A stretch of DNA of 63,253 bases, filler included, from Octopus bimaculoides (GCF_001194135.2; 5 parts of 4 records of this genome joined end to end with filler, not necessarily neighbours in it), one strand, 5' to 3'; positions 41,433-55,111 are shown, counted from the whole stretch's first letter. Notes: generated from the letters alone by a model not told the origin. Made by a program: numbers and translations.

Positions 41433-44299
41433 TGTAGTATCGTTTATATTCCTCCCCTTGACTTTCATCTTTTATCTTCTTGCTGTAAGGCTTCACTCCG
41501 CACACGCCAGCTTAATTTAATTCGCCTTTAGTCGAAATACACCTGCTGTTCTTTGTATTTGCAATTGTGTAACATAGCTCGTTTTTTGTCGTCCTTCGTC
41601 TCGTATATACTCACATGCTTTCTTCCAAAGAATCTTGTGCTCGTAGCTTAGATTTTCTTAGGGCCAGCCAGATTGGAGCAGTCTCGAATGTAACAGGCCA
41701 AAACTGCAGGGATAAACTGGAACTCGACGAATGATAGAAGACTCCGAATGACCCGTCCCTGTTTTTTCCGGTCCTTCTATTGTATCGTCTAATTATCCGT
41801 ATCTTTTGTTTTCGTCTGTTACATTCTTGTTTCAATTTTTCACACACACACGCACACACACACACACATACACACACACACCCACACACACATATATATA
41901 TATGTATGTATATATATATATATATATATANNNNNNNNNNNNNNNNNNNNNNNNNNNNNNNNNNNNNNNNNNNNNNNNNNNNNNNNNNNNNNNNNNNNNN
42001 NNNNNNNNNNNNNNNNNNNNNNNNNNNNNNNNNNNNNNNNNNNNNNNNNNNNNNNNNNNNNNNNNNNNNNNNNNNNNNNNNNNNNNNNNNNNNNNNNNNN
42101 NNNNNNNNNNNNNNNNNNNNNNNNNNNNNNNNNNNNNNNNNNNNNNNNNNNNNNNNNNNNNNNNNNNNNNNNNNNNNNNNNNNNNNNNNNNNNNNNNNNN
42201 NNNNNNNNNNNNNNNNNNNNNNNNNNNNNNNNNNNNNNNNNNNNNNNNNNNNNNNNNNNNNNNNNNNNNNNNNNNNNNNNNNNNNNNNNNNNNNNNNNNN
42301 NNNNNNNNNNNNNNNNNNNNNNNNNNNNNNNNNNNNNNNNNNNNNNNNNNNNNNNNNNNNNNNNNNNNNNNNNNNNNNNNNNNNNNNNNNNNNNNNNNNN
42401 NNNNNNNNNNNNNNNNNNNNNNNNNNNNNNNNNNNNNNNNNNNNNNNNNNNNNNNNNNNNNNNNNNNNNNNNNNNNNNNNNNNNNNNNNNNNNNNNNNNN
42501 NNNNNNNNNNNNNNNNNNNNNATATATGCCCAGGAGAAGATAAAATGCGGGCTACGCGTTTCATATATATATATATATATATATTTACGACAGGCTTTGT
42601 TCAGTTTCCGTCAACCTAATGCCTCTAAGAAGACTTTAATCTACCCTCCGCTTGAATCGATGATACTTGCCCAAAAATGGCCTCCCGTGGCTCAGAGTCA
42701 GGAAATAAATGGTTGAGAAACAACACCACCACAAAGTAAAGCACTTTCCTTTCAATGCGACTTGCCTGTATAAAACATATTCAATTTTCTCTATATAAAT
42801 ATGCTGAACTTAACCGTCTTTCTTGTAGGTATTTCAAATTTTGTACTTTTCTTGTATCCATATAGTACTCTCATTAAAAATGGGTAAGTGTCCTAATTAA
42901 ATTTGTCGGGATGGAATCTGGTGTATGTTTTTCCGCGTTTAAGTTTTCTCTATTAAATAACAATCACTTCATCCCGGGAAACTTTTTTTCATCTTCATTT
43001 GTCATTAATTTTGGGATCAAGAGCGGATGTCTTCTGTCTGATTATTCTTTCAATTTCTAGGCAGGAAATTGTTAGACAGTTTAACGAATCGGCGAAAATA
43101 ATTCTGGCTCTTTTACGTTTTGTGTACCAATTCAAAAGAGGTCAAACTCACTTATTCATTATTACCGTATCACTGTTTTGGCGCTAAAATTAGAAACCAA
43201 ATTATAAATACTTGTCTACGATTATAAAAAAAATGTGTTTGTGCCTTCCATATTTTTTATTGTATGTAATAAACATTATCCAATATATGTTACTCTTCAT
43301 TTATCTTTACCACTACTAGTAATACCGTATATTGCATCCTTTCATTTGTATGGTTGTCTATTTGAGTATCTCTTCAAATTATCCCAGTGGTTTTCTTAAG
43401 TTGAGTACATATGGGAATTATGGAATTATAATTGGAGATTTTTTCGCCAGAGAATGAATTAAGGGAAAATGAAAGCTTTTATAACCATTGCATGCCTAAA
43501 AATTCAGTTATTAGTTAGATGATTAGTCAGTTTGTTATTGCTGTTGTTTATCTGTACATCAGTTTTGAATTGGCAGGCATGCCATCAAAAACATTCCAAA
43601 AGTAACAATGCCATATTTTTCAGGTATTAGAAAAAATAATATTGTCATGAGATGTCTCCTAAATGTGATATATGGTAAATTAAAGTGATCTTGTCATGCG
43701 AAAGAAGTAAAAATATTGAGAATTCTCATAGCTACGAATAAACTAAATGTATGACCCTGCACAACTTTTCTTTTTGTCGTGACCTTTTAGAAAATTTCTA
43801 TTCTTATATCACAACACTTATCTAGAAATATTTTCCCATGAAAAATAATATTGATAATATTTAAGAGTTGTGTAAATAGAAAAATAAACACGCAAAAATT
43901 TCTCAATGTATCATATTTTTTGTAGCGGTTTGAATGCAAATTTAACAGTCTTTTCTAAACATTAATTTGTGGTATGATTCAGGCAGTAAACACCCAGTCA
44001 ACCTAGTTGACCTCTTAGTTTGAAATAATTGTTTAAAATAGTTAAAAATATTATGTGAATTGTATTATTTAGAGCAATGCATATACTTCAATAGTATCAG
44101 CTGCATAGGAAATGCCTGATCAAATGACTCCGTCTCTTAAAAGCTTATTGAAATAATCCCTGTAAGCAGTTCAATCACTTTCAATAGTGTTGGCTGTTAT
44201 TTGGAAATTATGGTGTAGTTGTAATTTCCTGTTTTATAACTACATCTATTTTGTGAAATACCTCATAAATATAAATACACACATACATACATGCACACA

Positions 44300-44354
<55 letters not shown>

Positions 44355-44854
44355 ACGCGTGCATATATACACTGAACTGCAAAGAAACGCGATTTTTATC
44401 AAACGTCATTTTATGTGGGAAATTCTTAAAATTTATTTCGGGGATGTACGTGTATATATATATATATATCAAAACATGCTGGTTTATGGCTGAGACCCAA
44501 ATTGCAGGTAACCTTTCAAATTTCCCTGAAAGGAGATGCCAGAACGCAGCTGCGTTGAATGCCGTGAGTGGCAGTCGCAAACAATTGTCATGAATAGCGA
44601 AACGCAGGTGCTGGTGGGGGATATGTTTATAAAAATGAACTTGAACCGCACTCCTGGAATTCGTAAGTTGGACGCCGTGGACGTTTGACGTATTTCGTTT
44701 ACTACAATTGTTAAAATGACGTTGAACTCTGAATTACTGGTTGGTGTTATTGTTAAAAAGAATTTGCTTCTCCTACGTTGCCGCAGATAGTTGACGTTCT
44801 CCTCCAACATTGAAGGGCGAAACCTACATTTGTATTATTTTGATTAATTTCAAA

Positions 44855-45530
44855 ATGAACAATTCCTCAACAGAGGAGGTTGATAAACTGACCAGGTTTC
44901 TGTTGAACACTAAAGGAAGCGGAAATGAGGAGGGAGACAAGGCTAATGAGATTGAAATGCAATTAAACCAAAAGGAAACTGAAATGAAACTGAACTGTAA
45001 CAATGTTGAACCAATGAGGAAACAAGGCAGAAAGTCAAACAAGGTCAAATCAAATTGGAAACCAAGCAACAGAAACAAACGGGAAAAAACAATTAACTTC
45101 ACCACTGCTACCAGCGTGGTGAAGGAAAACGTGTGCTTGAAAGCAGAAAGGCAGAAAAGTTGCTCAAAAAGGAGGGGCATGAAGTGAAAATAACCCCTCC
45201 TGGCGAGATAATTCAAAATGCAGCAAGAAAAGCAGTGATTTACAAAATTGCAATTAAAAATACCAACAAAATCGACTTGGCTTCAAAAGAAACCGTAGAG
45301 AAGTGCCTCTACCCCATCTGGCAAGACGTAACATACCTTCCTGAGGGAAGAGGTACGATGCAGGAGTTTTGGAAGAGATTCTTGATACAATTGCGGTGAG
45401 AGAGGAGACGAATTTGAGAGTGATGGTGGAGGGCAGGAAATCCTGATGCTACAAATGTGGCCAAAATGCTATATTAGAATGTAGTGTCCTCGCTAAAGGA
45501 AACAACAGCACTCTCGCTAAAGGAGAAACT
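44855..45530 (+). pseudogene. L1/Tx1-like LINE ORF1 remnant with a CCHC knuckle
   Basis: K/E/N-rich N-terminus, then LRVMVEGRKS*CYKCGQN(G)YIRM*CP (C-x2-C-x4-H>Y-x4-C across a frameshift). Confidence 0.65.
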
Positions 45531-45639
45531 AACTGCACCTCCACTGCCGGTAAGTCCAAAATAATAGAACACGGAGGACAAATCCAGAAAAGAGAGACTG
45601 TTTTTTTAAAAATAAGTTCATAGTTTGCACTCATTAGTT

Positions 45640-46140
45640 ATGACTCGATTGTCAGCAGCGCAGAGAGGGCAAGCTATTGGCCGATTGCAAGCAGAGACGC
45701 GTACCCTGGATGTTGCGAAATCTTACAATGTCTATGTCAGCGCCATCTATCGCTGGAACAGCGATACAACACCACCAACATCACTGCCCTCAGGCAACCA
45801 CGCCCAGGAAGGACCGCTTCATCCATCTGCAACACGTGATCGCTTCAGACCGGCCAGCGTGATAGCTCGTGAGACCATTAGTACTAGATAGCAACACATC
45901 AGCGACGACGCAGAACGACGTCGATTAGCCGCCGACAACCTCGTTGCTGTCATTTTGCTCGAGGACCTGTTGTCACCTCCCACTACCGCCAGGCACGACT
46001 ACAGTGGGCTACACAACACCGACATTGGCGGCATCAACAATGGAGGTCGATAGTTTTCTCTGACGAGAGGCGGTACTGCGTCTGAACTTCGGAATGCAGA
46101 GTGAGACTGTGTCGTAAGACGGCTGAACACTGCAGAGACG
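45640..46140 (+). pseudogene. Tc1 transposase N-terminal half (HTH region to first catalytic D)
   Basis: MTRLSAAQRGQAIGRLQA, TTPRKDRFIHLQH.RDRFRPA, RQARLQWA, WRSIVFSDERRY; frameshifted and truncated. Confidence 0.9.
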
Positions 46141-46496
46141 CATATATGATGGAGAGAGTGGTGTGGGGTTGATATATATATGTTTCGCTACATAAATCGA
46201 GTTTTTTAAAGCACCAGAATGTAAGACGTTTGATCGGGGGAAAAGCGAAATAGATGGATGGTAGAAATATTTTAATGACAATGTGCATAGTTGTCGATAT
46301 TCGGCTTTTCGGCTTATGTATACACATATATAATGTATGTGTGTGTACGTGTGTGTGCGTGCGCGCGCTCACGTGTGAAGACGAAATATATGGTCTTGGG
46401 TTTAGTACTATTGCGCGGCACACATTGGACAAGCGTCTTCTTCCATATCCTCAAACCTTTCGATAGAATTTGGTAGACATTCATAAAATTAAGCCC

Positions 46497-46537
<41 letters not shown>

Positions 46538-47711
46538 NNNNNNNNNNNNNNNNNNNNNNNNNNNNNNNNNNNNNNNNNNNNNNNNNNNNNNNNNNNNNNN
46601 NNNNNNNNNNNNNNNNNNNNNNNNNNNNNNNNNNNNNNNNNNNNNNNNNNNNNNNNNNNNNNNNNNNNNNNNNNNNNNNNNNNNNNNNNNNNNNNNNNNN
46701 NNNNNNNNNNNNNNNNNNNNNNNNNNNNNNNNNNNNNNNNNNNNNNNNNNNNNNNNNNNNNNNNNNNNNNNNNNNNNNNNNNNNNNNNNNNNNNNNNNNN
46801 NNNNNNNNNNNNNNNNNNNNNNNNNNNNNNNNNNNNNNNNNNNNNNNNNNNNTATTAATGCGACCACCGAAAATACAAATTAGTTTTATATCTCTATATC
46901 CCGAGCTGGGTTTTGAAACCGTACTCTGGTTGTTGGTGACAATGGCATTTCCTTTGTCTTGACAACAACCACAGCTATTTTTAGCGTAGGAATGATCGTT
47001 GCCCCTTTTCGGTCAGCGAAAGTTCAGAAAAGCAGGATAAGAATCGTACTGAACTGACCCAGCTTTTGGAGGGGGTAAGGTAGCACGATTGAGCTACGGT
47101 ATTTTGTGATAAATACGAGAACAGGGATTGAAGCGGCGCAGTTGGCCGGAGGATTTGGCGGCAGTCAAGTGGTAGCAGTCAGCCAAAGCAGTTGGGGACA
47201 ACAGTTTGCCCGAGGAATTGGTAGCAGTCGAGTTGGATGAAGTGAAGATGAAGAATGATAAGTCTGACAGAGAGAAAGCTATAATCAGCAGAAATGCATA
47301 GAGTCTGAGAGAGAGAGGGACAGAGAGATGGGATTCTGGCAGCCAAAAGAGATAGCAGTAATCAGTTGTTTATCTCTTGGATTATAGTGTTTGTGAAAGA
47401 AAGGAAGTTATTACAGCAAAAGTTTGTCTAAATATTCTTCCAAGAAAATGTATTTGTTGTTATGATGTATAAAGAAAAAGAACTGTTAACTGTGATGTAA
47501 CTGAAAAAAAAAGAAAGAAAAGAAAGAACTTTTAAAGGACTCGATGTACGAACTCTTGTTTATGTAACGATTGTAAACCCTTGATTATGTTGCATGCGCC
47601 ATTATATGCTATTGAATTGTTATGTAATATATTGATGATGTTTTGATCATGTAAAAAGAAAGGGTTAGTTCCGCTACCCAACGTNNNNNNNNNNTATATA
47701 TATATATAAAT

Positions 47712-47755
<44 letters not shown>

Positions 47756-50700
47756 AAATACATTTTTGGTATAGAAACAGACAAAGAGAGAGAGACTTAT
47801 GTGTGTCTGAGCTTGTGCCTCGACAGCCGGTTTTGTTTTATATCCGCCCTCTCAACAGTTCTGCAAAAGTGAGTGTAAGTACAATGCTTAAAAGTAAGGA
47901 TTAGTGGTCATTGAATGTTGGGCCCGAGCATCGCCGCACTCAAATGCCTGAAACAAGTAAACGATAAAAGATATATACTCACACAGAACGACATATGTTT
48001 TTTGTGCAGGTATGTATTTCTTCGTGTATATATTAAAATACAGTTTTATGCCATACTATATTATTTCATATTTCGTTGGTGTAGACGACGGCCAGCTCGT
48101 TATATTTTCAGTTATAGGATGAATGTGTCCAACGCTCTGGAAATTCTAAAAAGCATGTAATTTCAACGAAATCTGCTGAGTGCTGGTCCCTTTTTCTCAT
48201 TCAATCTGACACACACACGCACACGCACTCACGCACGCACACACGCACATACACACACATACACACACATGCCCACACATACACTCACAAGCGCACACAC
48301 ACACAAACACATATATAAAGATGTGCATAAGTTCTCAGTGTTTCTAGATCACTGAATCTTTCTAGAAAAATCGTCGGGAACTATTCAAATACAAAGATAG
48401 CACGAATGCTTATTTGATAAATACAGAGTAAGCTCTCTTATATTTATCGTATAACATGAAATAATTTTCTTTTACCACCGAGTGAAAACTGCATTTTATG
48501 TGATGGAAATGAAATGGTTACTTGACATAAATATTTTCGTGCCAGCGTTTATGCTCTTTAGTAAACGGTTCATTTCCTTCTCTGTGGTCACCAACGTATA
48601 ATGGTTCCGAGGATTAATCCTGTATATTCCGTATGTTCATCTTCCCAAAACAATATAATGTTCTAGTATTAGCCATATTTAAAGAACTATCATTTTGTTA
48701 ATGTTTTATTAAGACAGATCAAGCGATAGACTCTTTACTTAAATATAATTTGTACAGTGACCTATGACCACCACTCTCTTCACATTCGCATCCAAGAATT
48801 TTGAAATGTTCAGTCTCTAAGTTTTCTAAACATCCATGCATTCACAGATAATTCATTTAACAACTCATTTCTACAGCAGGAATTTAAATCGAGCATAATC
48901 ATTATAATTAGTGGTGAATGTCTTTGGGGATGACGTATCTCTACCGCACCCAAACCAAGTTCATTACAATATATTGTGTTCAGTAAAACAACCTTACCTC
49001 AAATGATATTCAGTGGAGAATATAAGCTTTCGCCTAAACAATCAATGTCATTTTAAGGGAAAATATACACGCTGGATAATGGAGCCCTTGATACAATACG
49101 CCTGAAATCAAATGAGATGTTCACGCTAGGATCAAGTTTGATCATAGACCTGATTCGTCAATATTGCCCTTGGTTGAAGATAAACAACAACTATATAATA
49201 TTCAGTATGTCATGAGCGTCTCAAAATCTCATTTACCTCATTTTTCCCTCAATACATGTGGAGCCAATTTGACCACGCATTAAGCAATAATTACTTGGTT
49301 TATGGTGAAGGCAGAAAAGGGCGGAATGCATGCTTTGGGTTAGAATGATGGGGAATGTTAATTAAGTGATGGGAGTCAGGATTTTCAGAATGCAACATTG
49401 GGACAGGGCTTGGAAGAGAAGATTGATTGACGTGTAATTAGTGAGGGAGATTTTTATGAGAGATGCAGAAGAAATCGCATTCTTAGAAGGAGCGGCATTG
49501 CGGATAATAATGATGAAGTACTGACTGGGGACACAGTCATAGAAAAAGAAATTAAGATAAATGTTTAAAAGAAATATAAAAAAATAATATCAATAGACGT
49601 TTTACATATATTGTTTCAGTTTTGTGTTCTTAATCTTTTAGTTGTTTAGTTGTATTTCTTATTCTGTGTTTATACTCAATTTTAATTATAGATTAAATAA
49701 TAAAGTAAAATACAAATAAATAAAAGCAAAAAGATGCAAGTTATTGACAGCCAGAAGCATACAAAGGTAAATACACAAACACACAAAAATATACACGGAA
49801 ATATACATGCACACAAAAAGTTACAGTTCTATATACATTTATGTATGTATATATANNNNNNNNNNNNNNNNNNNNNNNNNNNNNNNNNNNNNNNNNNNNN
49901 NNNNNNNNNNNNNNNNNNNNNNNNNNNNNNNNNNNNNNNNNNNNNNNNNNNNNNNNNNNNNNNNNNNNNNNNNNNNNNNNNNNNNNNNNNNNNNNNNNNN
50001 NNNNNNNNNNNNNNNNNNNNNNNNNNNNNNNNNNNNNNNNNNNNNNNNNNNNNNNNNNNNNNNNNNNNNNNNNNNNNNNNNNNNNNNNNNNNNNNNNNNN
50101 NNNNNNNNNNNNNNNNNNNNNNNNNNNNNNNNNNNNNNNNNNNNNNNNNNNNNNNNNNNNNNNNNNNNNNNNNNNNNNNNNNNNNNNNNNNNNNNNNNNN
50201 NNNNNNNNNNNNNNNNNNNNNNNNNNNNNNNNNNNNNNNNNNNNNNNNNNNNNNNNNNNNNNNNNNNNNNNNNNNNNNNNNNNNNNNNNNNNNNNNNNNN
50301 NNNNNNNNNNNNNNNNNNNNNNNNNNNNNNNNNNNNNNNNNNNNNNNNNNNNNNNNNNNNNNNNNNNNNNNNNNNNNNNNNNNNNNNNNNNNNNNNNNNN
50401 NNNNNNNNNNNNNNNNNNNNNNNNNNNNNNNNNNNNNNNNNNNNNNNNNNNNNNNNNNNNNNNNNNNNNNNNNNNTATATATATATTTAATCCTTTATAT
50501 TGAACACTCAATATTTCAATTATTCAATAAGACATATTCCATATATTCAATAAGACGTTCAATACTTTATTTCATAGTACCATTCATTTTTATTCTATAT
50601 TATATATTGTATATTATATTATATATTGTATATTCCATATTCTATATCCCACATTGGTTTTGCAGGAATATAAATAAAACATAAAAAAACAGACAGTGTT

Positions 50701-50944
50701 GGAACTCTTTTAAACAAAATAATATATTTCTCTATACACAATCATACAAAACCCCCTTTTTTGTATTTATTTTTACTCGCATATATATATATATATATAG
50801 ATAGATAGATTGATGGATTGATATGTATATTCTTTCTCACTCGCGCGCACAAACACATAGATATGCTTCATCAATGTTGCCCTTGATTGAAGCTAAACAA
50901 CAATATAAAATTCGGCATGCGCGCGCACGCACACCTCTCTCTCT

Positions 50945-51480
50945 CTATATATATAAACAATATATGAGTATATGCATATATATGTACGTGTATGTATGTA
51001 CCTTCATCTACATGTACATATAGATACATAACTGGGTACATGACGTGGCAAAAGAACATGGACAAAATGGTAAACAAGGTGCAACAAACAAGCAGGCCAC
51101 ATAGAAACATCCCCTTCATCAGCTGCCACCATTAAGACTCCGGCGTTTCGAAGAATTAAGGCAGTACGCATCGTTAAAATGGTTCTTCCCACGAACACAA
51201 ATTAAATTGTTTTCGTGGAGGGTAGTGGCGGACGGAAAACAAGACAGGAAAACGAAACGGTGAAATAAACAAACAAAAAGGCTGCACAGCCAGACGTGAA
51301 GTGTGTATGTCGTGAACGCTGTGAAGCACGTACAGGAGGGGCAAAGAAGTACGTGCGAGCTTGGTGATTCCAAGAACGAAAATAAATAGCAGCCGGACAA
51401 ACGTGACCAAGGCTGTGTGAGGAAAAAGAGTAGCGGAGCGAAAAGAAGGGGAAGAAGTAGGATAAAAGTGAGCAACGAGA
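50945..51480 (-). mobile_element. Non-coding Penelope-like terminal repeat (copy 1)
   Basis: Closely similar to 63005-63253; contains hammerhead core motifs; bounded by (TA)n and (GA)n tracts. The PLE assignment is inference. Confidence 0.55.
51110..51169 (-). ncRNA. Candidate non-circularly permuted hammerhead ribozyme
   Basis: GCGUA|CUGCC-UUAAU-UCUUC-GAAACGC-15nt-GGCAG-CUGAUGA-A-GGGGA; helices I, II and III can all form. Confidence 0.55.
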
Positions 51481-51483
51481 GGT

Positions 51484-51515
<32 letters not shown>

Positions 51516-51687
51516 CGATAGAGAGAGAAAGAGAGAAAGAGAGAGGTAGAGAGAGAGAGAGAAAGAAAGTGTTAGATAGATAAATATCTGTCTACATGAA
51601 TTTACGTATGCAGATAAATATATATGTCCCTATCTATCTATTTATCTATGTATCTGTCTATCTATCTGTGAGTGTGTGTGTGTGTGT

Positions 51688-51733
<46 letters not shown>

Positions 51734-52507
51734 TATTTATTTATTTAAAGGGTGCTATAAATGTTTCAATGGTCTACTAGTAGTTTCATATGTTGAGAAA
51801 GTTCAAACATAATCTTCAGGAGCAAACCAGACGTCATAACGAACTAAAAAGTAGAAGAAAAGCGAAAAAACTTAGAAGGCAGAAAATAGAAAACACGGGA
51901 AGTAAACAACGAAAATTCGAAAATTCGGATAACGAAAACACAAAACTAAAACGTAAAAAATAAAAAAAAGTAAGAAGGTAAAAGATCCTCCTCAGACCTT
52001 AAATGATAAGGCTGCAAAAATCAAGTCAGTTACGAAAAGGTGGAGTTTTTCATTTCTTCAAAATATATTGATACATATGCATGCAACCATCTCAACAGGA
52101 TCTCTGCTTTTTCAACCAAACAAAGCCTAAGTTTGTTCGATCCATTCATATAAAGTATGGATTTCTGAATTAATATCCATTTAATCACATGCGGTGTTTC
52201 GTTATAGTAGCTCTAATTTTGTCCTTAAGTCGGAATGAGGCTATCTGTTTGGTCTTCTTAGTTTTTTCTATTATTCAGCTGTTTTTAATCCGTTATACGT
52301 GGTTTGCGCCTGAATAATATATTTGAGTTTCCTCAACATATTAAACTATTAGTAGCGCTTTAATACATGTATTGTGCCCTTTAAATAAACAATATTTATC
52401 TCTTACCAAATGGAGTACATTTTTGTGGAATTTATTATCACGGAACAGTGTATTATATATATGTGTGTTTGCTTGCCTGCGTATGTGTATGTGTGTCTTT
52501 ATGTAAA

Positions 52508-52880
52508 ATACGAGGTGTCTTCGTCAAGGTGACTCAAGCCAATAGGTATGCGCTCAGAGTGCTCAAATTGGTACGTTATAAAAATTCCAGTTTGAACTGT
52601 AGTCAAAGATGTGATTTTGTGACTGCCATTCTAAAGCGGCTAGAAGTGTGTTCCACTTGAGTCGGTACGTATAGATTAAAGTAGCAAAGAAAGCGCAAAC
52701 AGTTTGGCAAAACTGTTGAGGACGTTTAATTTTAGTGTTTCTAGAAAATCTCAGCGACTGGAACATCGCACCAAGCGATGATTCCATAGACTGACTATTC
52801 CGACATCGCAGGGAAATAGTTTAAACTCATCTAACAGTGGACGAATATTACTCATCCATGGAGGTAATTTTTTCTCGTTA
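52508..52880 (+). mobile_element. Possible internally deleted mariner relic
   Basis: TACGAGG start typical of mariner TIRs; KLI*QW..HGGNF resembles the mariner C-terminus. No right TIR found. Confidence 0.3.
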
Positions 52881-53218
52881 TGGATTACTATAAAGCCATT
52901 GTCTCTGGTCATGGATTTACCCAATGAATACTCATTTTAATTGGATCTAATAGTAGTTCTCCTCCGTTTCTAGACATAATGAACCACAATAACTACCATA
53001 GATGAGGAATTTTCTTCCATTGTTACTTAAGTTTAACATATCTCCTTGTGATAACATGCCAGACTGTTTGACTTTTATTTTCTGCTTTAATGTGTCTATC
53101 TGTTTCTCTGTCTATCTCTATCTGTCTCTATCTTTCTCTCTATCTCTTTTACCCCTCTCTCTCTTTTACCCCTCTCTCTCTTTTACCCCTCTCTCTTCAT
53201 CTCTCTCTCTCTCCCTAT

Positions 53219-53256
<38 letters not shown>

Positions 53257-53269
53257 ATGTTTATACGTC

Positions 53270-53846
53270 AACAGAACGTGACAGGTCTATAAAGGACGAT
53301 GCTATTGTTGTTATAGCCTCAAGAAAACACCTTTTCCAGCTGGCTATTGACACACAGTTTGTATCCGTATAACATTCGCAAGTGAGGTCATCGCTCCCAT
53401 CTCTAGCCTTACGTGATACTCGCACACCTGGGTTTTTAGGTGATTACATGTCCTCGTGTGATAATTACAGGCTAGTGACAAAAGTTTTCCCCAGCTACAA
53501 ATGCTATATATTTTTTAAGCGACTGCATATTTCACACTCAGAGATTTGAAACATGTTGTTTTCTCTATACAAGATCAGCGACTGCGGCTGTGCGTCACTT
53601 TAAAATATATAGTATTTGCAAGTGGAGAAAGCTTTTGTCACTAGCCTGTGATTATCTCACACTGAGGACAGGTAACCCCCAGAAGGCAGAGTCTGTGAGT
53701 ATCACTTAAAGCTAGAGGTGGGAACGACGACCTCCCTTCCGAATGTTATGTGGACACAAACTGTGTGTCGATAGGCAGCTGGAAAAGATATTTTCGTGGC
53801 GCTAAAATGTGGCAACATCGTCCTGTGTAGGACTGCCACATTGTTA
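53270..53846. mobile_element. Foldback/MITE-like element with ~250-bp imperfect inverted arms
   Basis: Perfect anchor pairs: 53349-53362 with 53756-53769, and 53467-53484 with 53632-53649. The arms pair to within about 70 nt of the centre. Confidence 0.8.
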
Positions 53847-54037
53847 TGGCTATAGCCATAACATCGTCCTTCATAGGACTGCCACGTTATGCTGGCATAT
53901 AAATATTATTGTTTTATTTTGTACTGTTACTGCATATGTCTCACTCAGAGATTTAAAACAAGTTCTCTCCCTCTCCCTCTATCTCTTTCTCTCCCTTTCT
54001 CCTCCATCTCTATCTCTCTCTATATAAGTAAATAAGA

Positions 54038-54213
54038 GAGCGAGTGGCTGTTTGGTAAGTAACTTGTTTTCTAACCACATGGTTCCGGGTTTATTCCCAG
54101 TGCGTGGCAATTTGGGCAAGTGCATTCTACTATAGCCTCGGGCCGACCAAAGCCTTGTGAGTGGATTTAGTAGACGGAAACTGAAAGAGGTTCGTCGTAT
54201 ACATGTATATATG

Positions 54214-54248
<35 letters not shown>

Positions 54249-54472
54249 ATGTGTGTGTGAGTGTATGTTTACGTGTCTGTGTTTGTCCCCATCCAACATC
54301 GCTTGACAACCGGTGGTGGTGTGTTTACGTCCCCGTAACTTAGAGGTTCGGCAAAAGAAACCGATAGAATTAGTACTAGGCTTACAAAGAATAAATCCTG
54401 GGGTCGATTTGCTCGACTAAAGGCAGTGCTCTAGCATGGCCAGAGTCAAAATGACTGAAACAAGTAAAAGAG
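54038..54472 (+). mobile_element. SINE family 1, near full length
   Basis: Head, CORE-like segment, internal TA/TG repeat and 3' end aatgactgaaacaagtaaaagag. Confidence 0.9.
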
Positions 54473-54584
54473 CAAATGAGTGGCGTGTGAATACCAGCCG
54501 TACAGGCAAATTAATAAAATATACATATACATATAAGACGTGCTTATATAAACATATATATATATATATATAAAGTGTAGTATA

Positions 54585-54861
54585 TTGCCACTTAAGTGTG
54601 GCTGACCCCTAGGGGTGGATGTTACTGTTGCTTTTAGCCCCAGGAGGACATCTCCTCCAGCTGGCTTATCGACACACGACTGTGTCCTGTTTGCCAAGGG
54701 AAGTTATCCCTCTCACCTCGATCAGCAGCACGAACGTATCCGGATTTCAGGGTTATTTCCCTTCGTCGTTATTTCCCCTGCTGATCGAGGTGAGAGGGAT
54801 AACTTCCCTTGGCAAACAGGACACAGTCGTGTGTCGATAAGCCAGCTGGAGGAGATGTCCT
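54585..54861. mobile_element. Shorter member of the same foldback family, with perfect 84-bp inverted arms
   Basis: 54645-54728 is the exact reverse complement of 54778-54861; 49-nt loop; the right arm runs into a gap. Confidence 0.85.
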
Positions 54862-55111
54862 NNNNNNNNNNNNNNNNNNNNNNNNNNNNNNNNNNNNNNN
54901 NNNNNTTAATTAATTAANNNNNNNNNNNNNNNNNNNNNNNNNNNNNNNNNNNNNNNNNNNNATATATATATATATATATATGAAGATATGTTTTTATTAG
55001 AACAATATTTTAGATGTTACAACACATTTCATTGTTCAAAAACTTGATATGTTTGATGTGCTACATGCAAGTAGTGAAATGATAAATGACGAATAAGATA
55101 AATTTGTTATG

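Noticed and set aside
42553-42562. GAAACGCGTA on the minus strand
   Set aside because: Directly preceded by (TA)n with no CUGAnGA strand; at most a truncated relic.
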